Assembly: GCF_000025685.1 (NCBI RefSeq)
Contig: NC_013967.1
Coordinates: 1,290,001-1,322,000 of the forward strand
Reading direction: 5' to 3'
Source: Haloferax volcanii DS2
Lineage (GTDB): Archaea > Halobacteriota > Halobacteria > Halobacteriales > Haloferacaceae
DNA: 32,000 bases
A program made the position numbers and the translations under genes. This document shows, piece after piece, positions 26,503 to 32,000 of the stretch (the first letter of the stretch is position 1; every line of letters begins with the position of its first letter). The notes beneath the pieces are model-generated. The model ran no database searches and had not been told where the DNA came from. It worked only from the letters and a program-made list of their open reading frames with translations.

Positions 26503-27474
26503 GTGACTGGGGTGAACGACGCCGGCAGATACGACGAAGACGACGCGGGCGGGGGCGGAGGGGAAGCCGTCTCGGACGCGCGCCCGAGCGACGCCGAGGG
26601 CGCAAAGCGGGGGAACGGGCCGGACGAGGGACCGAAAAACCCTGCTGAGGCGCTGACCCACCTGCTCAGACCGCGGGGCGACCGCGCGAGCGACGGCGTC
26701 CCGACCGAGTTAGAGGCCTTGAAATACGTCGGCCCGGCGACCGCCGACAGTCTCGCCGAGGCGAACATCGACGCGGCCGCTATCGTCGACGGCGAGGTGT
26801 GTTACCGGGACCTCGTCGCCGCCGGGACGAACCCCGGCGTCGCGGCGAAGATTCGGCGCTGGCACTCGCTTTCGTGGTCGTTCAACTCCGGCGACGACCT
26901 CGACCGCCGCTCCTCGCAGGTCCGCGGACTGGGCGACGACGAGCGCGCGTGGGTCGCCGCGAGTTCGGGCGACTGGGACGCGAGTGACGATGCCGACACC
27001 GGCGACAGCGACGACAGCGACGACAGCGACGGCGACAGAAACAGCAACACCGGCGATTGGATCCCGGACGGCCGGGGCGGGGCGACGGAGACGAGCGGCC
27101 CGGCGCGAGACGGAGACTGGACTCCGTCGGGGTCGGGGACGACTACGAGACCGGAGAGCGAAGCGGACGCCCCCTCGGAGCCCACGGAGTCGGGCGATTG
27201 GACGCCGACCGGGCGGGGGGCGACCGACGCGTCGACCGACGGTTCGGGAGACGCGCTCGCGGCCGAAGAAGCGTGGCGCGAGCGGTCGAAGCCCGAACCG
27301 CTTACGACGCTCGCCGGGGTCGACGAGGCCGACGCCGAACTGCTCGCCGAGGCGGGCGTCCGCTCGGTCAGGCGACTCGCCACCGCCGACCCGGAACACG
27401 TCGCCGACGCCCTCCAAATCGACCCGACCGTCGTCAGCGCGTGGAAGGGGCAGGCGCGCGACGCCATGGAGTAA
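26503..27474 (+). CDS. Highly acidic helix-hairpin-helix (HhH) protein with internal GDW-repeat region
   Basis: 323-aa ORF with HhH-like motifs [17 protein letters not shown] and [17 protein letters not shown] at the two ends. The central D/S/T-rich region has repeated GDW(I/T)P(D/S/T)G(R/S)G. Confidence 0.55.
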   Translation: MTGVNDAGRYDEDDAGGGGGEAVSDARPSDAEGAKRGNGPDEGPKNPAEALTHLLRPRGDRASDGVPTELEALKYVGPATADSLAEANIDAAAIVDGEVCYRDLVAAGTNPGVAAKIRRWHSLSWSFNSGDDLDRRSSQVRGLGDDERAWVAASSGDWDASDDADTGDSDDSDDSDGDRNSNTGDWIPDGRGGATETSGPARDGDWTPSGSGTTTRPESEADAPSEPTESGDWTPTGRGATDASTDGSGDALAAEEAWRERSKPEPLTTLAGVDEADAELLAEAGVRSVRRLATADPEHVADALQIDPTVVSAWKGQARDAME

Positions 27475-27612
27475 ACCGCCGGTTCTGACTGCCGTCCGAT
27501 TTTTTACTATCTGAGTAGTAATTTCTATTCGAACCGTGTTTTCCGTAATATTTTGTTACGACCCTCATAACGCTCGAATTCAGCAATATATCCTAAACCA
27601 CTCTAGACGCAG

Positions 27613-27622
27613 TTTTTATATA
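27613..27622 (+). promoter_or_regulatory. TATA-box-like element upstream of a possible leaderless uORF-fbp transcript
   Basis: TTTTTATATA lies within the only AT-rich stretch of the 300-nt spacer. It is centred about 29 nt upstream of the ATG at 27647. Confidence 0.35.
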
Positions 27623-27768
27623 GGTAGTTACACCATTTTGAATCAGATGATGCCCGGTTCCGACACGGCCGTCGACTCCCCGCAGACGGTATCTCCCACC
27701 CCGACGACGCTCGGGGTCAGCGCTCGACTCGCCGACGACTCGCCGACGACCCGCCGACGCCCGGAGGG

Positions 27769-28671
27769 ATGGGCCTGATGGCGACGACCGACGTCAACAC
27801 CGCCGACACCGCCCGCGCCGTGCGGACCATCGACGGCGTGGTCGACATCATCGCGAGCACCGCGCCCGAGATTCGGACCGGCCTCCCCGGTCGCCGTGTC
27901 ACCGCCGAAGACGAGAACCCGAGCGGCGAGACGCAGATGGCCGCCGACGTGTTCGCCGACGACCTCCTCTGCGAGCGCATCGGCGCGCTCGACGGCGTCG
28001 GCGAGTACGCCAGCGAGGAGCGCCCCGAGTCCGTGGACGTGGGCACCGGCCGGCTGTCGGTCGCTGTCGACCCGCTCGACGGCTCGTCGAACCTGAAGCC
28101 GAACAACACGATGGGGACCATCTTCGCGGTGTACGATGGCCCGCTACCGGCCCACGGGCGCGACCTCGTCGCCGCCGGCTACGTCCTCTACGGCCCCGTC
28201 ATGACGATGATTGTCGCCCGCAACGGCACCGTCGACGAGTACGTCCTCCACGACGACGCGAGCCACGAACTCGTCCGCGAGGACGTTTCGCTCCCCGACG
28301 AGGGGTCGGTGTACGGCTTCGGCGGCCGCGTCCCCGACTGGACCGACGACTTCGAGGCGTTCGCCCGCGAGGTCGAACAGGACGCCTCGCGCAAGCTCCG
28401 CTACGGCGGCTCGATGATCGGCGACGTGAACCAGATTCTCACCTACGGCGGCATCTTCGCGTATCCGACGCTGGAGTCCGCGCCCGAGGGCAAACTCCGC
28501 GTCCAGTTCGAGGGCTACCCCATCGGCTACGTCATCGAGACGGCCGGCGGCGCGACCTCCGACGGCACGAAGTCGCTCCTCGACGTGGACAAGGACGGAC
28601 TCCACGCGCGGACCCCGATGTACGTCGGCAACACCGAACTCGTGGCGAAACTCGAAGCCGCGCTGGACTGA
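27769..28671 (+). CDS. fbp: Fructose-1,6-bisphosphatase, class I
   Basis: 300-aa ORF (alternative start ATG 27778). It has [31 protein letters not shown] (metal-binding DPLDGSSN), [16 protein letters not shown] and GGIFAYP motifs. Confidence 0.9.
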   Translation: MGLMATTDVNTADTARAVRTIDGVVDIIASTAPEIRTGLPGRRVTAEDENPSGETQMAADVFADDLLCERIGALDGVGEYASEERPESVDVGTGRLSVAVDPLDGSSNLKPNNTMGTIFAVYDGPLPAHGRDLVAAGYVLYGPVMTMIVARNGTVDEYVLHDDASHELVREDVSLPDEGSVYGFGGRVPDWTDDFEAFAREVEQDASRKLRYGGSMIGDVNQILTYGGIFAYPTLESAPEGKLRVQFEGYPIGYVIETAGGATSDGTKSLLDVDKDGLHARTPMYVGNTELVAKLEAALD

Positions 28672-28791
28672 GCGAACCGAACCGACCGGGCACCTCGTTT
28701 TCTCCGAACTCCGCAGTCGATAGCGACCGGTCTCCAAACGGACGACGGCCGGACTGCCGCCGCCCCCGTTCGACCGACCGGCAAATCGTGC

Positions 28792-30576
28792 ATGGAAAAC
28801 CATTTTGAATACGGTGGTGCATCACCGAGTATGAAGGTCAGAATCGGTGACGGCGCGACCGGCGACGAGGCCGAGGCCATCGCCAACGCGCTGGCGCGAC
28901 ACCTCGGGACGGACGTGAACGTCTTCGTCGGCGACGGCGAGGAGGCCGTCGCGGACGCCGAACCGCCCGCGGACACCTTCCCGCTGGACGACGACATGGG
29001 TCCCACCGAGCGCGAGGAGCAACTCCGCGAGGAAATCGCGGACATCCTCGGCGGCGGCCCCGAGAAGTACAAACAGCGCCTGCCGGAGTCGGGAAAGCTG
29101 TTCGTCCGCGACCGTCTCGAACTCTGGTTCCCCGACGGACTGGCGTTCGAAGACGGCAAGTTCGCCAACTTCGACTCGTGGCACGAGAACTCCCCCGAGG
29201 TCGACGAGGCGGACCCGAACACTCGCCTGCCGGGCGACGGCCTCCTCACGGGAGCCGCCGAGTTCGAGGGCCGCGACCTCCACGTCATGGCCAACGACTT
29301 CACCGTCAAGGCCGGGTCGATGGCCCGCCGCGGCGTCGAGAAGTTCCTCCGCATGCAGCAGCGCGCCCTCAAGACCGGCAAGCCGGTGCTCTACCTGATG
29401 GACTCCTCGGGCGGCCGCATCGACCAGCAGACCGGCTTCTTCGCCAACCGCGAGGGCATCGGGAAATATTACTACAACCACTCGATGCTCTCGGGGTACG
29501 TCCCGCAGATTTGCGTCCTCTACGGGCCGTGTATCGCCGGCGCGGCCTACACGCCCGTCTTCGCCGACTTCACGGTCATGGTCGAGGGGATGTCCGCGAT
29601 GGCCATCGCCTCGCCGCGCATGGTGAAGATGGTCACCGGCGAGGAGATTTCCATGCAGGACCTCGGCGGCGCGCGGATGCACACCGAGGAGTCCGGGAGC
29701 GCCGACCTCGTCGCCCGCGACGAGGCGCACGCCCGCGAACTCGTCTCGCAACTCGTCACCTACCTCCCCGACAAGGCCGGCGAGAAGCCGCCGCGCGCCG
29801 AGTCGAAACCGCCGCGGTACTCCCCCGACGGCATCGACGAACTCATCCCCGAGTCACCGAACCGCCCCTACGACGCCCACGACCTCATCGAGCGCGTCGT
29901 CGACGCCGAATCGGTGTTCGAACTGAAGCCCGACTACGGGAAGGAAATCGTCACCGCGTTCGCCCGCATCGACGGTCGGCCGGTCGGCATCGTCGCCAAC
30001 CAGCCCACCGAGCGGTCGGGAGCCATCTTCCCCGACGCCGCCGAGAAGGCCGCGGAGTTCATCTGGACCTGCGACGCCTACGAGATTCCGCTCCTCTACC
30101 TCTGTGACACGCCCGGCTTCATGGCCGGGTCGCAGGTCGAAAAGGACGCCATCCTGGAGAAGGGCAAGAAGTTCATCTACGCCACGTCGTCGGCGACGGT
30201 GCCCAAGCAGACCGTCATCGTGCGGAAGGCCTACGGCGCGGGCATCTACGCCATGGGCGGCCCCGCCTACGACCCCGAGAGCGTCATCGCGCTCCCCTCG
30301 GGCGAAATCGGTATCATGGGCCCCGAAGCCGCCATCAACGCGGTGTACGCGAACAAGCTCGCCGACGTCGACGACCCCGAAGAGCGGGCGCGGATGGAAG
30401 ACGAACTTCGCGAGGAGTACCGCGAGGACATCGACGCCCACCGGATGGCGAGCGAGGTGGTCATCGACGAAATCGTCCCGCCGTCGACCCTCCGCGACGA
30501 GCTTGCGGCCCGCTTCGAGTTCTACGCCGACGTGGAGAAGTCGCTCCCGGACAAGAAGCACGGGACCGTCATCTGA
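28792..30576 (+). CDS. Acyl-CoA (propionyl-CoA/methylmalonyl-CoA) carboxyltransferase beta subunit
   Basis: 594-aa ORF (start may be ATG 28831, MKVRIGDG). It has the two-domain crotonase-like carboxyltransferase pattern: FVRDRLELWF, ANDFTVKAGSM, LMDSSGGRI, VLYGPCIAGAAYTP, PDAAEKAAEFIWTCDAYEIPLLYLCDTPGFM and RKAYGAGIYAMGG. Confidence 0.9.
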   Translation: MENHFEYGGASPSMKVRIGDGATGDEAEAIANALARHLGTDVNVFVGDGEEAVADAEPPADTFPLDDDMGPTEREEQLREEIADILGGGPEKYKQRLPESGKLFVRDRLELWFPDGLAFEDGKFANFDSWHENSPEVDEADPNTRLPGDGLLTGAAEFEGRDLHVMANDFTVKAGSMARRGVEKFLRMQQRALKTGKPVLYLMDSSGGRIDQQTGFFANREGIGKYYYNHSMLSGYVPQICVLYGPCIAGAAYTPVFADFTVMVEGMSAMAIASPRMVKMVTGEEISMQDLGGARMHTEESGSADLVARDEAHARELVSQLVTYLPDKAGEKPPRAESKPPRYSPDGIDELIPESPNRPYDAHDLIERVVDAESVFELKPDYGKEIVTAFARIDGRPVGIVANQPTERSGAIFPDAAEKAAEFIWTCDAYEIPLLYLCDTPGFMAGSQVEKDAILEKGKKFIYATSSATVPKQTVIVRKAYGAGIYAMGGPAYDPESVIALPSGEIGIMGPEAAINAVYANKLADVDDPEERARMEDELREEYREDIDAHRMASEVVIDEIVPPSTLRDELAARFEFYADVEKSLPDKKHGTVI

Positions 30577-30764
30577 GCCGAGTCGGCGGTTAATGCTCCG
30601 TTTTTCCGGCGGGTAATCTCACGGTAACTGACCTAAGCGGTTCGTACTGAGGACGGCGGGGGTGGTACGGACCTCATCGTCGGCCGACTCCCGCCCGTTC
30701 CGCCCATCGCGTCTCGACCCGTCTCGCCGCGACATCGGGAATCGTCGCTTGCCGATAGCCCGCC

Positions 30765-31124
30765 ATGAGCCACGAACTCCCCCTTCCCGAGACGTCCCGC
30801 GCGGCACTCGCACACGCGGTGAGCGACGAGCACGTCCTCTGGACCGTGACGATGCTGGCGTTCGTCCTCGACGTGCTGACGACGCTCTACGGGCTCGGCC
30901 GGGGGCTGGCCGAGCTCAACCCCGTGGTCCTCGCGCTCATCCCCGCGTTCGGGCCGGTGGGCGCGCTCATCTCGCTGAAACTCGTCGTCCTCGCGGTCGC
31001 GGTCGTCGCGTGGCGCGTCCTCCCGAGTCGCTACCGCGGGGCGATTCCCATCGGCGTGGCCGTCCCGTGGGGCGTCGCCGGGCTGATGAACACGCAACTC
31101 ATCCTCGTTACGGTGTTCGGGTAG
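30765..31124 (+). CDS. Small integral membrane protein (DUF5658-like; tentative)
   Basis: 119-aa ORF with about four TM helices. LDVLTTLYGLGRGLAELNPVV resembles the conserved E-x-NP segment of that archaeal family. Confidence 0.5.
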   Translation: MSHELPLPETSRAALAHAVSDEHVLWTVTMLAFVLDVLTTLYGLGRGLAELNPVVLALIPAFGPVGALISLKLVVLAVAVVAWRVLPSRYRGAIPIGVAVPWGVAGLMNTQLILVTVFG

Positions 31125-31563
31125 GCCGCCGGAGCGAGTCGATAAGCACGGCCCACGCGAGCCCCGCAAGTCCGATGTCGCGGGCGAGCACGTCACCAAA
31201 CAGGCCGCCTTCGACGACGAACACGACCGCGAGGTAGAGACACGTCGTCGACAGCGAGACGGCAGCGACGGCGCTCGCGGGGGCGGTGTAGCGGTCCGCG
31301 ACGATGGCCGCGCCGAAGCCGACTTCGAGAACGCCGTTTGCGAGCACGAACGTCACCGGCGAGACGACGAGAACGGGCGCGAGCCACGGGACGACGTACG
31401 CCGACCACGAAAGCGGGTCCAGAAGCTTGTGGACGCCCGCGGCGAACACCATCGCGCCGAGGCCGACCCGGGCGACGGTCGTCGGTTCGGGGGCCCGGGC
31501 GGCGACCGAGGCGGCCCAGTCGGCGACTGACGTGGCGCGCGCGGAGAGGCCGTCGAAAGCCAT
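31108..31563 (-). CDS. DoxX-like membrane protein (tentative)
   Basis: 151-aa ORF with four hydrophobic helices. GAMVFAAGVHKLLDPLSW is reminiscent of the DoxX GxxHl..p motif. Confidence 0.45.
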   Translation of the reverse strand: MAFDGLSARATSVADWAASVAARAPEPTTVARVGLGAMVFAAGVHKLLDPLSWSAYVVPWLAPVLVVSPVTFVLANGVLEVGFGAAIVADRYTAPASAVAAVSLSTTCLYLAVVFVVEGGLFGDVLARDIGLAGLAWAVLIDSLRRPTRTP

Positions 31564-31659
31564 GTCCCGGCTAGCGACGCCGGGGAGAAAACGGTGCGGG
31601 TGGGTTACGGAGACGCGGGGCGACGCGCCGTGGCTCGGCCCAACCCGACCCGGCCCAGC

Positions 31660-32000
31660 TCAGGCGTCGTCCGCGTCGGCGGCGAACTCGCGTTTCAGCG
31701 ACAGCGCTGTCCGCTCGAACTCGCAGACGAGGTCGTCGTCCTGATTGAACGCCTCGACTTTCATCGTCACCACGCCGCGCTCGCCGTCGGAGGTCTCACG
31801 CTTGTCGAGGACGGTCGTCTGCGCGCGGAGCGTGTCGCCGTGGAACACCGGGTTCGGGTGGGACACGTCGTCGTAGCTGAGGTTCGCCACGATGGTCCCG
31901 TCTGTCGTGTCGGGAACCGAGAGACCGACCGCGAGGCTCATCGTGTAGAGGCCGTTGACCAGTCGCTCGCCGAACTGCGAGTCGGCCGCGAACTCGGCGT
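31660..32000 (-). CDS. MaoC-like (R)-specific enoyl-CoA hydratase / hot-dog fold dehydratase, 5'-truncated by the window edge
   Basis: The frame stays open to base 32000. The sequence ..AEFAADSQFGERLVNGLYTMSLAVGLSV...VSHPNPVFHGDTLRAQTTVLDKRETSDGERGVVTMKVEAFNQDDDLVCEFERTALS is the typical MaoC C-terminal hot-dog pattern. Confidence 0.75.
   Translation of the reverse strand, partial: AEFAADSQFGERLVNGLYTMSLAVGLSVPDTTDGTIVANLSYDDVSHPNPVFHGDTLRAQTTVLDKRETSDGERGVVTMKVEAFNQDDDLVCEFERTALSLKREFAADADDA

Overview
High-GC window with acidic predicted proteins, which points to a haloarchaeal (class Halobacteria) chromosome. Sampled 60-nt lines give about 67% GC in the flanks. The centre (about 4959-17499, ~12.5 kb) is an integrated alphapleolipovirus-like provirus in the 3' end of a tRNA-Arg(UCG) gene. 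It is bounded by a 14-bp direct repeat (ATGGGCGCTACAGG) and carries an intact tyrosine integrase next to the distal repeat. The viral core lies on the minus strand in canonical pleolipovirus order: zinc-finger ORF, HUH rolling-circle Rep, small acidic ORF, VP3-like membrane protein, VP4-like spike, several membrane ORFs and an NTPase. Most junctions are ATGA/GTGA/TGATG stop-start overlaps. Between the NTPase and the integrase sits a low-GC accessory island (about 6490-9310; one sampled line about 38% GC). It encodes a wHTH regulator, a 359-aa protein with an HEPN-like Rx4H motif, a 265-aa PD-(D/E)xK-like nuclease fusion and a small zinc-finger protein. A 96-nt diverged second copy of the NTPase 3' end marks a recombination scar inside the island. 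I consider this island the best candidate for a novel provirus-borne defence or superinfection-exclusion module. The host flanks carry ordinary haloarchaeal genes: an APH-like kinase, a frameshifted MC1 chromatin protein, a YHS-domain permease, a Bat-type HTH regulator, a cupin/quinone-oxidoreductase chimeric pseudogene with an in-frame TAG, DGGGP synthase, a KaiC-like protein, a CoA-binding protein, cysteine synthase, an ABC transporter operon with a permease-PrsW-like fusion, 3-hydroxyacyl-CoA dehydrogenase, an acidic HhH protein, class I FBPase, acyl-CoA carboxyltransferase and a MaoC dehydratase. No rRNA genes or CRISPR arrays were seen. All family calls come from motif recognition by eye; no database searches were run.
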